Source of the DNA: Catajapyx aquilonaris
Taxonomy: Eukaryota
Direction: 5' to 3'
Assembly: GCA_000934665.2 (NCBI GenBank)
Contig: JYFJ02002141.1
Span: 1 to 63,191 of the forward strand
Length of the DNA: 63,191 bases
Shown here: one piece after another, positions 27,901 through 41,482 of the stretch
Position numbering within the stretch: the stretch's first letter is position 1
How the letters are laid out: every line of letters starts with the position of its first letter
Translations under genes and position numbers: made by a program
The notes under the pieces: model-generated
Seen by the model: only the letters and a program-made list of their open reading frames with translations
What the model was told of the DNA's origin: nothing
Database searches by the model: none

Positions 27901-30900
27901 CGACCCAATTTTATAAGATGGTGAAATGCTTGGAACGCAATAACAAGAGCGACATATTCCATTTTAAATCGGCTACTTTAAATACACACAATGCTGATTA
28001 TACGCAGTCAATTTTACAATATTCCTCAAGGATTTTTGCTTTTGACGCTATAACAACTTTACATCTCAATGCACCATTCATTCTGCACATCTTAAATATT
28101 AATACAAGTTCTTTCCATTTGCTGATCTATAAAAAATCGTTCCGCTTTCATCCGACGGGAAAAAAACCCCCCTGATCTATAAGCCTGGATATAATTTGGT
28201 CAGTTGATCTTGATTCCACGGTGACAGGACACGCCATAAATATTGAACGACAGCAGAAAATGTGTATTGATATGCAGGGCTTCTTTCTCTCTGCTGCCCC
28301 TCCCCTTTTCCCTCTCCGGACAACTTTGCATACAGTTGGTGGAATGCCAAAAAAAAAAAAACTTGGATCGATCCGGGGTGGGATCGAAGCGCCGGATTTT
28401 CTCCCGGAATCGCTCTTTCCATTTTCCTGGGCGCAATCAAATTCAGGCCTGCTTCTATACCTCCCCAACCCACCACCACCCGTTCCAACCCGCCCTCTCG
28501 GTGGAAGAAGCTCTTTTAAAGCAACTAGCTGAAGCCAATCAGAAGCCATTCTTTACATCGGTACTACCTGATTTGGCCATTGATTGAATCCGAGAAGTCT
28601 GGCCTATATATTACGGCGTTTCCATTGGGCTCATCTTCCCTGCTATCAATGGCTATTATGAGCAGGGAGCAGTGCTATTTTTTTGTTTGAAACTAAATTA
28701 CCGCAAATACAAGTGGCAGTAATCCAAAAGCTCGAGTGCAAACGATGCAAGTGGTGGTCGAGAGCCTGCAAAACGCCCGAGCCCTATTTGCAGTGTCATA
28801 CAGTCGGACGCACCGGGCTCTGAGTGCACGGAACACGGCCAGTGTTGATATGAAACAAACCGAGCACTCTTCAGAGCAGTACCCGAAAAGAGACCTAATT
28901 AAGGTGAAGCACAATTACGTGCTCCATTGGCAAGTTCCGCGGTTTCAAACGGTCGGCAAAGCACTGTAGTTTTATAGTTTTCCTGGAAACGAGAGGGGGG
29001 GCAAGAGCGTCTAATTTGTTCTGGCCTGTAATATACTGAAAGGGTTACTTTCAAGGCTGAAATTTAAATGGTTCGCTATTATAATTATTAAAAGTATTCT
29101 TTCTGGCCGTTGTTGGGTTAAGGCAGGTCGCGTGCCCCTATGTAGCCCCATCTCTGTAAGCCCTACCGGAGCCCTCATGTCCTCATGAATTTTGATACCG
29201 TGCTTCGACCCACTCGAGCCTGTGCTGCCTACGCACTGCATCGCTCACTATGTAGCACCGCAACGTGATACAAACAGCTCGTCCTCAACCAGCTCCCCGA
29301 GTCAATAGGAAGGAGGCTGGGTGGGATTAGCACCGTCTACATCCAACTGCGCCTCACAACCTAAATCCAATAACATTTTCACTCGCTTTGAAACTGTAGA
29401 CGGAAGCTCACTCTGCGTCCTATCTGGTGTCGGCACTACGTATACCTGCCTCTTGATTGCATTGCACTACTTCTGGTTAAATCCACACGTATTATGGTAT
29501 TAGCGCCCTGATCCAGGTTACCCAGTGTAACACGACCCCCTGCATCTCGATCGTGTTCGCGGATTGTTGCCAACCATAGCAGGCACAACGGTAAAGAGAA
29601 CCATTTCTACTTGATGGATTCCATCCCTGCACCGTTTATTTCACTTCCACCAGGCCGTGTTTTAAAATTTAACCCGATATGCATCGTATATTCCTACAGA
29701 GTGCAGCAACATCAATCTATACTCGTACAACGCACCAGCATATGGCGTCCCTTGCCCCAATATTGATGCATTGAACGTCGGTTGGCGTCACCTGTAACCG
29801 GCCTGAATTCACCCGCGACTCCTTTTCTTTTCTTTTTTTGCCCGATATAGGAGGATAGGAGTTAGGGAAATAAAAGTAAAAGCGGAGAAAGCATCGTGGA
29901 CTGCAGGCAAATGGAGGTTTGAAAGCAGACCGTGGTGCGGCAGGCAAGGAGGAGGGGGGGGGGGGTTTCATGCATGATGCAGGAGTTACGCGGGCTGCCT
30001 CCTGGGATGAATCCGCCGCCCAAGGGGACTTTGGGGGGATTAGTTAAGGAGGCCGCCACGGCGCCACCAAAGAGCTCCTTTTAAGTCAACTTCATCCCAG
30101 ATGCGCTTCTAGCAACCCCCCCCCCCCCCAATCATGCCTTACTCGGGTGTTTTGGGGACTAATCGCACCTGAAGGGCTGGAACTAAGCGCATACTCCACC
30201 TATGTACTCAGGCTACGCAGCAACTTTCCTAATCAACCATTGGCCTCCATATCCCCATGTCACACACGGTCACACTGGGACAAGCCCACCTCCAAATAAA
30301 CGTGAATTCCCCCCTCCATTAACTTTCAGATTATTATTGCACAAAAAATTGACTTTTGCTCGTTTACATCAGTTTGTCAGTCATTCAGTCAGTTTGTTTT
30401 GAACAAGCCTTCCTGGGTAAGTAATTGCCGATAAATAACACACGCAGTTCAGCTGGAAATATTCTAGGCCCCGAGTTCGACTCCCTGAATTGTACGTGCC
30501 ATCATCCGCTTCTGAACACCACCAGTGCGTCAAAACAGCAAACGGTAACACTATGGAGGATCCCGCCAGTAAAGCCTCAAACAACGCGGAGGTTAACATC
30601 AAAGCTTAGAGCATCTGAGGAACTGTTAAGTAATCGGATGAAGGCCCCGGGTTGGATCACGTGCACTTCACAGTTAGACTTCAAAATAAGGAGAAGGAGG
30701 AGGAGGAAGAGGTTGGGGGCTCTGTCTCGCAAATCCGACTCGACAAGTTCTGAAACCATCAAAGCAATAGCTCCAGGCCTGATGAGTTCTGCAGCAGAGG
30801 AAATAATAGGCACGAATAAGAGGCGGAGGGAGAGAGAGAGTTAGGAGAATGAAGTGGAGAGAGACGGTTCAAAAAGCGGCGAAAAAAATCTGCCACCGTC

Positions 30901-33900
30901 GACAACAAAGCTGGAAATGCGGAGGAACCCAAAGTGGAGTAATATAGGAAAGGAAATGCAGGCCCATCCATCCAACGCAGTCCTCTTCACGCCACTGCAC
31001 TGACAAGAATCCTCGTGCTTATTGGATAATACCCAGATTATATAGGCTAACGTGACACATTTTTCAGAGATCCAGCGCAGTATACGTCCGGATTCTGCAA
31101 CCATTTTCACAAAAATATGAAGTCAATAATTGTTAACTAGGTACCGTGATCAAAATTGTTGCAGAAGCCAGCCATAAACACGTCCCGATGAACACCTGCA
31201 ACTGTTTTTAAATTCTAAAATATGAAGCTCCGACTTCCACTACAATTCGTCGGAGTATGGATCCCCACAAACCGGCGCCATGTTGAGTCCAAACCGGGCC
31301 ACAATTTACAGCACAGCGCAGATTTTGGATATGTCTGCCGTTCTATGTCCCGGAAAACGTGTCCTTCCGCCGATGGGGCCATCCCATTCGATAACCCGAT
31401 GAACCGGGATTGCAAGCCATTCCCATCCCCCTTTCCTCCAACCCCCCTACCAAATGCAGCAAGCTAACAGGAACAGGCTGATATTGTCCGGGGCCGTTCC
31501 CGGATAAATGCCGACAGGAAGCAATTACTGGCTTTAATAAACCTCTGGGAAAGGTCCCCCACCTCCTACCCAGAAAAAAAAAAAAGAGTTCAGGTTGGCG
31601 CCAAATGAAGCAGAGAAAATGTTCCTCGGATTCTTTTAAGATACTTCCTATAGCCAATCATCATTGAACTGAAAGCACGCACTCGACACATTACCCAATT
31701 GCGGGTATAAATTCTCCAGAAACGTTGTGCGTGATGGCACATTAGGGAATAATCCGGGATCTCCACTGATCATTCGTCAAATATTTTTTTTGCGGCAGTA
31801 CCTAAATCGCTGCCATGGGAGGTGTAAAACTTGTCTTGTCCCACCCTATATGGCAGGGTGTCTCTCCGCAAACTCGTTATTCCGGGGAATAAAATCAACC
31901 TCGGAAAGTTAGTGCCACTAATTCAGCGGTTTAGCGGCTTTGTACTTAATGAAAGCTCGATTACATAGGTGCAAATTAGCCGAGAGTAGGACCAGGCAGG
32001 GTGTGTATACTGAAGAATCTTAGGAGCATTTGGAGATACTCTCGGAGCTAGTAAATGCCTCAAAGTTTTTCGCGATGTAGGTGCCAATAGTGCAGATGTT
32101 ACGCTTAAGTTTTAATCCGCCTCCTTGGAGCAGATGGTGGGCGTATTGTGCGATCTGTCAAAAGCATGTGTTCGCTGAAGTTAACTTCCTTCCTGGAGCT
32201 GGAACTGAAAGGACTATACCATGACCTATGTTCAAGCAAATCGAAAGCTGGAGAAGTTTGCATAAATTTTTCCGACCGCGACTGGAAAATGAATATTCAG
32301 CACTATAACGCTTTTTCATCAACATAACGCAAATGTGCACGATTTAGTTTTACCCTGTTTCGACCCCTACAGTTACAGTCCGTTGAAAAAAAAAACGTCG
32401 CTTAAATATTTCAACTTGCCAACAGTGCTACTCCCTATGCACAATATGTTTCATACATTTGTGCACTTCGTACTTTTTCCCATCGTAAACTGCTGACGTA
32501 AACCTAGGTTCGCTGCAGTTGAAAAAAAAGGGGGGTTTTAAGAAATCGATATATTCAAGCTCACCCCGTTGGCCCGGGCAAACAATGCATTCAAATACAT
32601 TTTCCGGTAACTCGCGCTCTGTACTCTAATAATTTACACAGGTTACGATCACTGAAAAGCTGTCGAATCAACCAACTAAAAATTTTGTAGTTGCCTGCAC
32701 GTAAATCCAGGTTTCCATTAAAAACATGGAATACTATATAATGTCAAACACTGACTCTAGAATGTCTAGCTAGATGATACAAAAGGTCACCTCGGGAGGA
32801 GGTGTTGTGTTTGGGGGAGATGTGTGGGCTACTAATGCTTCTTGACGATATAGTGGAAGAGAGGCAGATATTTTGCATAATGATTACACAGATGGAGGAT
32901 TATTATAGAGAAATTCTTCAGCCTGGAACGTTCAAAAAAAACTTGCAAACAAAGGAGAAGAAATGCGGGCTTGATGCAGACAAAGGATCAAAGAATGACA
33001 GAGGAAGTCTTGTAAAGAGAAAGGAAAAAGTGGAAGGAGACAGGTCGGGAAAATATCGGATAAAATAAATGCCACGAGAAATTGGGTTGAGTACAACCAT
33101 GCTGCCGAAGAGGATTGCTTATAAAAGGGGGTAATGGTAAATTCATCAAGGTACTTGCAGAGTTCAGATGTGGCGTGGTATAAAGGAGCAATTGGTTCTG
33201 GTTGAATGAAAAGGAAAGGGAATGATAATTGCGTTAAGATGTGGAGTGCATGTAATGAGGGATTGCAGGTTAATGGAGCAGGGTGAATGTCATGGGTGCA
33301 AGGTGCTGGTAATGAAGTATACGAGGTGGAGATATATGAGTGGTTACTCCACGTGAGAGATATGGTCATGCTAATACATGTATATAAGTGAATTTAAATT
33401 TTCATGATGTAAATCTACTCGTATTTTCCCACAGTTTTTCACACACCATCTACTCCACTGAGCTTCTCCGGCTAATTGAATAATTAGGATAATCGCATAA
33501 TATTCGCTGACAAAAAAGCGATGCAATTAACAGGATACCGCACAAAATTTCAACCAGTAATCAGATTTTACATCTCTACCCCTGGTAAAAATTGGATGTA
33601 TCCAGGACACCCCNCCCCCCCCCAGATTTAGTTATTGGTCTGCAACCAATTAGCAAACATGCCTCAGCTTCAAACTTGGGACCAGGCACTCGCTTCAACC
33701 GGTTTCATTTCCACTCTGGCAGAACATGATGATTGTACTCGGGGCTTGACCACCGCAATCGGCCCACCACCCCGCCTTCAGTTTCAATTACCCTTTCACT
33801 TTGCTTGACCATGTGCCAAATGGACTCGGGGACTCTGGCGTCAACAGCCAACAACCCTCTTTCGGGACTCCAGTTCCCGCTCGCATCTACGTGACAGCTT

Positions 33901-36900
33901 ATGACGGAACCCACTTCCTCGCCGACACTCACGGTCCGCCAAATCCGGCAACGCTGACAACCAACCCCGTATATCCGGATCTGTTTCTGTCATGCTAACA
34001 TTTTCCCTGTAGAACACTGAATTCACCAAAATTGTGGTGCGATACAGTACGTTCCTTTAACATTTAAAAGGCCAAATTGCTATGTGAAGAACCCAAAGGA
34101 AAATGCTACGATTTGACGGGGAAAAAAACATTCCCGCTGCACAATTATTTGAGCAGGTTCTGGAAACACACAGACAAGACTCCCAAAAAGAAATGGCGAT
34201 GAAAGCACGCGATCGCTCTTCTTTTTTTCCCACACAACACGCGAAGCTCTTTACCCAAAACTTCCATATCAAGTCGACCGTATAGCAGACGGGGTAATAG
34301 GCGATAACCCTTTGCTCAACCTATTTTTTAAGGTGAAACCCTCCCTTGGATTTATGGCTTCCCATCCTCACTCCTCCTTCCCCCTCAGCTCTTCCCGGTG
34401 CACTTCCCAGCCTCGTTTGCATACTCTGGCCCAGCTCTCTGCCTCGTTTTCCAAATGCTACTTCCATCCAATTAGTGCGACCGCGCTTCCCATAGGTTGC
34501 CATCCGATCAACAAGTTGCCTTAACTGGATTAATCTCTCGGAAGCGGCGGATGTTCAAAGGATTTTTTTTTTGCCCTTTTTTGCCAATATTTTTTCACTC
34601 ATGGAGGACATAAAAGAAGGGGCGTATCAATAGATATGCGAGCTGCATTCATGTAGGATAAACCGGTATCAAAAAACCAGGAGCCAGTGATTATCATCAC
34701 ACCGAATCGTTGCAGTGGTGATGTTGAGGTAATGCAAATTTATCAGTTAACGTAAATTAGCAACCAGCAACTGCGTTAATTAATTCCATGTGTAGTTGGT
34801 ATTAAACATGGCTTAATTATAGCATGTGCTCCAAAGAAGTTTGCAAACTCTGTCCATAATTCCCGTCGATGACAAGTTAATGTGCAAGGGTTGACTTCAT
34901 CAAAATGTAAACATGCATTAATATTTAATCATCCCTCGATACTAACGAGTGGAGTGAAGAACAAACCCTGTGCATTACACTGCCATGGAATATTAATGCG
35001 CTCTGCAATTTAATTATGAATCTGAACTTTTACGGGCAGTACATTGCAGGTAAATTACCACAACACGATGGGCAATTTCCCATAGCAATGTTGATATCTC
35101 TCACAGTTCAAAGGACATCATCCATTACCATTCTGTCCAGTGTCACTGCGGTATACACAGTACAAATAACATATCACACAAAATCACATTAAACCCAAAT
35201 GAAATATTTAACAAATGGCTTTCGCGATCGTTACAGCTGCAGCATAAAAGGTTAATTTAATCACCACACAGATTATGGCTCAACCTGTCTATACACGGTA
35301 CAATATCCAGCAAAATAAACTGTCCTCTACGTTCCAATTGCTCCTTCTGAAAGCCCCTTGCCAAAACACAAAACCAGTCCAGCACCTAGTTGGCCTACTT
35401 CCCTGTCTCAAGTACCCTATACCCAGCAGTCCTTCATGAGCATTTTCATTTCCAAGAGAACGTCTCGGAGCAAATGACTCCCCCTAACTTTTCTTCCGTG
35501 GCTTCTATGCTTTTCCCTCCTTCCATATTGAAACTTCCCATCCAACAGTCTGAAGGAGAAGACAGTGTGGGGGGGAGGGGGGGAAGTAAAGTTTGTCCCG
35601 GATGAGGGTGAGCAAAGAGTGAGCTTGTTATTTCCGAAGCCCCCAGCCCGGATAATAAACGGAGGAAGAAGCCAGTCCGCAAACAAGTCCAAGTGTCCGA
35701 ATCCATGCGACACAGCAAGCGAAATTGGGAGGTGACAAACAGCGTTTTCACCACCAATGCTTCCACCGACTCTTTCCCTGTCGTTGGAGTCCATTATTAG
35801 TTTTCGAGAACAATCAACGTCATCCCCAACGACTCTGCATAATGCAAAAACTTGGGCACACACAAAAAAAAAGAGAGTAGAAGGACGTGCTTCATTTCCT
35901 TCGAAGGCGACTTGGCAACGGACCAACTCGAATTACACATGAAATCATCCGCCCCAAATGGAATCAAGTGCGCTTGGGTTCAACAGAGTCGTTATGGCTT
36001 TTCGTTACATTCGGAGGATAACTGATGGGGGTGTATGCAAACTTTTTTTGTTGCTGCCAAACTCAACCCTAATAGGCAGCAGAGCCATATTCTGATATAT
36101 AGACAGTCTATTTGTTGTGTGTGAAAACACTGTAATCTCACGATCCTAACAGGCAGTATATCTCACATCAACCTGAACTTTCGCTGTATTACACCAGAAT
36201 TTCGATCAGAGTCAAGCGGCGCGGTCTTTCGAGGTGGGATGCACTGTCGCTCATTTCCGTCCGTAGCGTCACCTGTTCCGGACACCCTTATCCGAGACGC
36301 AATCAACAAAACTGGTTTTCTCCCCGCCAATGCAATTTTCGACGAGGGTTAGCCTTCCTCTTCTTCGTCTTTTTTTTTTTTGGAGGCCCTTGTAACACCC
36401 GCGTAATGGTCCGCTATGGGAGCAAAACCGATTCCCACCCGTCAACATGCAACCAATTTGGAAGTCGCCTTGACCAAGATCACGCACCCGGGGCAAGCCC
36501 CAAGAGACACGTGCACTCTTTGAGCACGTGGGCACACACCTAGTTCAAAAAAAAAATGTATGTGCGAGGCGGCGATGAGCAACAATTAGAAAAAAAGGCA
36601 ACAGTGTCTCTGGAGTCTAGACGAGGGGGCAAATATTGACGTGTTTGCGTTTGTTTCCCTTGGGCGTTGCTGGATATGGCTATACTTGTTTTGGATTATT
36701 ATTTTTTTTCCGAGGGAACGAACTGTATGTGATTTATGTAGGCACGGCTCTAATACTGGGTTAAATGCGAGTGTTGAGCACACAGTGTTGGACCAACGCA
36801 AGTTGGATAATGACGCTTTGGCTTGTGCTCACTACAGTCTATGGACGATCCGGAAAAAATACATAAAGTAGGTCAAAACAGCGGGTCATGTCCAGTGCAC

Positions 36901-39002
36901 TCAAATTACGAGCCTACAAAAAAAATATTGCCTCAGGTCAATTGCAAATTGCCCTCCCAGAGTAGCACAAAAAAATGCAGTATTCTAGAAGCTTCACCAG
37001 ATATATCTCTTTGGGTACTAAATCCTAGCCAGATATGCAATTTTGTTTCGTGACAACCTTCATTTAATTCCTGGACAAACTCAAGCCTTTGCAAAGAACG
37101 TTATTTAGTATCCGTCGCTAAGTGTTCCCTTATGCATCGCTTTGCATAGTCATTTTCCAACTCCATCTCTTGGGTGACTAATGCATCGGTATATCTAATA
37201 TCTTATTTCTGTAAACTATATTCACGCTTTGCAAAGCTTAATTCGCACCGTATATCTGTCGCACTGGAATGATCAAGCATTTGGCAAATCCTTAGCTGGA
37301 GATTTGCCATTTTGAGTCGTAATGCTAATTCTGTCCGTCGCATCGGTTAATACCCTCTATATTCTGTGTTTCTGACCGCCAGATTCAAGCCGGAAGATAA
37401 GCAGCTTATTTCGCGACTGTCATATATTTTTTAAAAAATCGTGTGACGAACAGCTTAACTGACCTTTCCGCTGATCTTCTCATGAGTTAAGTAGCGAATT
37501 ATTCGCAAAAGGATACATCCTGAGGGATCCAGCCTTGGTGCCGATGGCCAGCAGTCTCTGGATCGGGTCGAAAGCCATGGCAGTCGGTTGGTATGGAAAC
37601 CCATGGCGGAATGTCTGCAGGATATATAAAAAAATTACATATCAATTAAAACACTCAAAGTTGCACAAAAAACTCATTGCAAAAAGTGAGGCGATAACTT
37701 TCAGAACAAACGCATGCTGGAAAAAAAAGGGTTCATGCAGTGATAATGTAAGCAAATTTTTAGGCAGGCAAAGGGCTACCCTGGGGTAAAATCGGTCCCG
37801 TCCGTTGCAACAATACCGCAACAAGCTCAATTTATGCAAATGGGGTTACTTACATGTTAGTACCTTTACGCTGAACGGGCAGCAAACTCCCATTTTACAT
37901 GACAATGAAGCAGTCCAATCAGTTGACGCCCTATATTGTGTCATCCCCATCCCGTCCCCTTTTATATTCATTTTTTTTAAAAAAAACATATATACACACT
38001 ATCTCTGGCGATGCTCCACACGGATATCGATTATCGAAACATTACACTGTCGGTAGGAGAATACATCCAACTGATGTCGTGCTACTAACGGGCGGAAAAA
38101 AACAAGCGCCAAAGTACCAATTCGCATGCGATACTCTCTTCTCTTTTTTTTTGAAAAGGGGGTGTCGCAGAAAATATCCTCATCGGACGGTCGCAACTAG
38201 GATACGAAAAAGCCGCCCTTTCATTACACCGATCGGTCCACGTATGCAATATTAATGAGAGGGATCAGAATCAGTGCCAACGTGCTCGACCAAGGTGAAA
38301 TTGCAGACCACGAGAGTAGCTGTGCCGAAAAAACTGGGTCAGTACAGGTGCAATCATTGGTGTCCAGTCAACACGCTAAGAAAATACTGCAGGATAAGTA
38401 ACAACCTTAGCCATTACTTATTGTATTGTGACAACAGTGTGCAGTACAAAATACTTGCCTCCAACATAAAATTCAACTGAAAATTACCTGTGCAAGAGAT
38501 GCACCTACCTAGAACTTCATCAAGCATACTTTCGCCTTCGTACATTGTCAAAACCGCCTTTGGGGAAATCATACTTCACGCCTATATTCCTCCTAGGAAA
38601 TCACTTAAGTCCGCTTCCAGTCTTATCCCGCACACCAGCATAACGGTGCTGACTCTTAAATATCCCACAAAATTTCCGCACTTTCATTAGAGATCTGCAT
38701 CCCCATTTTGCACCACCCCGTCGATGCCTCAAATAACATGTGTGAAGCATGTCACAAAGTGGCGACCATAACGCCCATCGGAATGCGGCCATAATCAATC
38801 CGGTGAAACACAACGCTCGTTCCTGTTCCCGAGCGATGCCCATACCGTTCTACGATATTAAGGGGTGGTTCCAAAGCACAGCCCAGAAAATGACATTTAC
38901 ATCGCAATATCACAGGGAGCACTGCTGGGTATCCGTATAAAGTCTCTGGGCGCTCATTAACCTTCCTTTTAATCCTCTAAGCAGGGGGAAACCTACATTT
39001 CG

Positions 39003-39079
39003 CCAAGTGCGCAAATTGCAGTATAAACTCAATCAAAGCCTGCCAAGTCTGAAACGAACGGACGTAATTGCGCACTTGG
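39003..39079. repeat. Inverted repeat with 12-bp perfect arms
   Basis: CCAAGTGCGCAA (39003-39014) and TTGCGCACTTGG (39068-39079). Confidence 0.75.
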
Positions 39080-40872
39080 TCAATTCGAGACGATGCGTAA
39101 ATATGGGCAAGGACCTAATAAACGCGCATTACGACACGTCGGGTAACGCATCGGTTATTCGCATATTTTATTAAAACAAGGTCCTTCCCTTTGGATTACG
39201 ATTCCTGGGAGAAAGATGTGACTTTTTATGTGGCTGTTAAACAGCCCATGTGCGTCACCTGACATTTCTGTACAATCCTGGGTCGTTCAACATATTGAAA
39301 GTCATATGAGTGCACTGCCATTTTACGACACACACTACATGAAAGCATGTGTATTATACAGCTTTCCCAAATGACATTAGAATAACCTTTTGCATTTCCA
39401 GGACAGGAAATACATCACAGTGGAAGATGAACAGTGGCTAACATCCAGTATCCGAAATTCAATTTCCTTATGTTCCCACGAGCTTTCTACTGTACATTGA
39501 TAACATTATTGTAACACACATAATTTGAAGAAGAGCCCAACGGGGATGCGTCAAATAAATTAATATATAAGACCACTGGGTGCTGGCTACATGTCGATAA
39601 ACGTATCGATTCAATGCAGTGCTATATTGCTGCGTGAATTCCAGTTGTGCCAAGCTAAACTCCCTGTATAAACGTCCCAAAACTGTAACGTTAATAATTA
39701 ATATTGGGAAATTCTATCCATCAGTATGGCATGCTTGATATCTCTTTATTTTACATCAGTTAAGGCAAATCGAACTCAATGAACATTCGTCTACGCTGAC
39801 CTCTTATGCCAAATTGACCTGATAACTTTGGGGTTTGGAAAGTCAAACCTTCCCCTTCTATCAGGTATGAGCAGGTGATTTTAATGCGAATGATGGGATT
39901 TTTCCAATAATGCTCAAACGGTTCTGAAATATATTATTTCTGCCCTTCTATAGGCCCTCGTGGACTAGGAACTTGGACAGTTCACCACCCAGTACAGTAT
40001 TGTGATATCTAAACTCATGATATTTTTGACATGCATTGCTCTTTGTATTTTTATGACAGGCACATCTTTGAAGATAACGTATTTCCATGTAAGCCTAAAC
40101 AAAGCACTGTAATGCCTGCAACGTCATATTAAATCCAGATAAACAGTGGAAATTGATTGATCATGACGTGTGCAAGTAAGCTATCGTTCAACCCTCATCG
40201 AAACTTGCTTCTCTAAGCAAAACCCAGATAAAACATGGCTCAGTCGGGTGTGCTATTCAAACAAGTGCAGTTGAGATAGACTGGAATATATTCATAGCAG
40301 ATTCTGCTGAATTCATTGCACGAGAAAACCGGCGCATGCGAAAATTATGTGTAAGATGATCTCTCAGCTTCACTGCGATGAATAATTCCCTCGTGGACTT
40401 ATTCTCCTTATATACTGGGTAGATATAGATAGGTTTCGGCAGCCAAAGCCTTTCTTCTCTCTCTTTCCCTATTCCTCCCCCCCTTCAGATATTTGGCCCA
40501 AAGGAGAAATCGATTCCCAGGATTAGCTCGCCAAACTCTCCTCATATATCTAACAATTGATGAAGAGTTGGGGGGGGGAGGGGGGGTGGCTCCATTCAGA
40601 TAGCTGCAATTTCAGCGAGAAGGCTAAAGTTTAGCAACGGGGTTAACAAGTCACGCGAGATGTGCAGCTTTGGCTTAGGAAACTGATTAATCTTGATATT
40701 TAGGTAGATCAGCAACTTTGCTCCAATGATTAGCCAGGAGAGGCTATGGTCGTAAAATCTGATGTGGGCGTTTATTTCCTAAAGTGTCTACTTTGCAAAT
40801 CTCCTTATAGATTTCATGCACGTGTAATTTCATTGAATGCAAGTTGTAAATGACGGATATTATTATTTGGTG

Positions 40873-40917
40873 TGACGTCAATTTTCGATACTGTACCTCT
40901 GACGTCATGAAACGTCA
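40873..40917. promoter_or_regulatory. Tandem CRE/ATF palindromes
   Basis: TGACGTCA at 40873 and 40900, followed by an ACGTCA half site ending at 40917. Confidence 0.35.
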
Positions 40918-41459
40918 ATATTTGTTAGTGCCAGAGTAAAAGGCATATTTTCGGTCCAGTCATTTGTATCCAAGAGTTTTATGATGCATAAAAAAATTTA
41001 ATACATGTATATAGTCACACAGGAAGAAGTTTATTCCCTCCGTCTTACCACTGCAGTGCTACTTGTTTTCCGGATTACCTCATAAGTGTCTCACGTAGAG
41101 AAGCATACTTTATATGTACCCTTCATTATTACTGTTAGGGTAACTAGAGTCCAGCCCAGTCAGGAGCCCGTGCGCACATCACCAAGGCTGAATAATTACG
41201 CTACAATTTTTCAGCTCTTATGGAAATTAGAAACCCGGAACAGCGGCTGAGTTTATTTTCCTTCCGCCCTGGAGCCAGGCGTACTCCAGCATGATGACGT
41301 CACACTTTCCAACAATGTTTGCACAAGAACAGTCCATCACTACGATTCGAGATCGGCAAAAAGGCAGGCTTCTGCTGCCATAAAATAACAAAACCCCACT
41401 GCTTTACAAAATTGACCTATAATTTGAATCCGGTTTCCACCTTCATGGCCATCCTCTTG

Positions 41460-41482
41460 TACTGTACGTACTACGTACAGTA
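41460..41482. repeat. 23-bp quasi-palindrome
   Basis: TACTGTACGTA-C-TACGTACAGTA, with perfect 11-bp arms and a 1-nt spacer. Confidence 0.85.

Noticed and set aside
30441..30501. A-box/B-box-like motifs (GTTCAGCTGG, GAGTTCGACTC) ending in CCA
   Set aside because: No cloverleaf: the anticodon arm is missing and the T and acceptor stems are too short. Not a tRNA, and there is no support for a SINE.
34003..34047. miR-10b-like stretch TTCCCTGTAGAACACTGAATT
   Set aside because: Seed mismatch, an indel, and a highly asymmetric fold.
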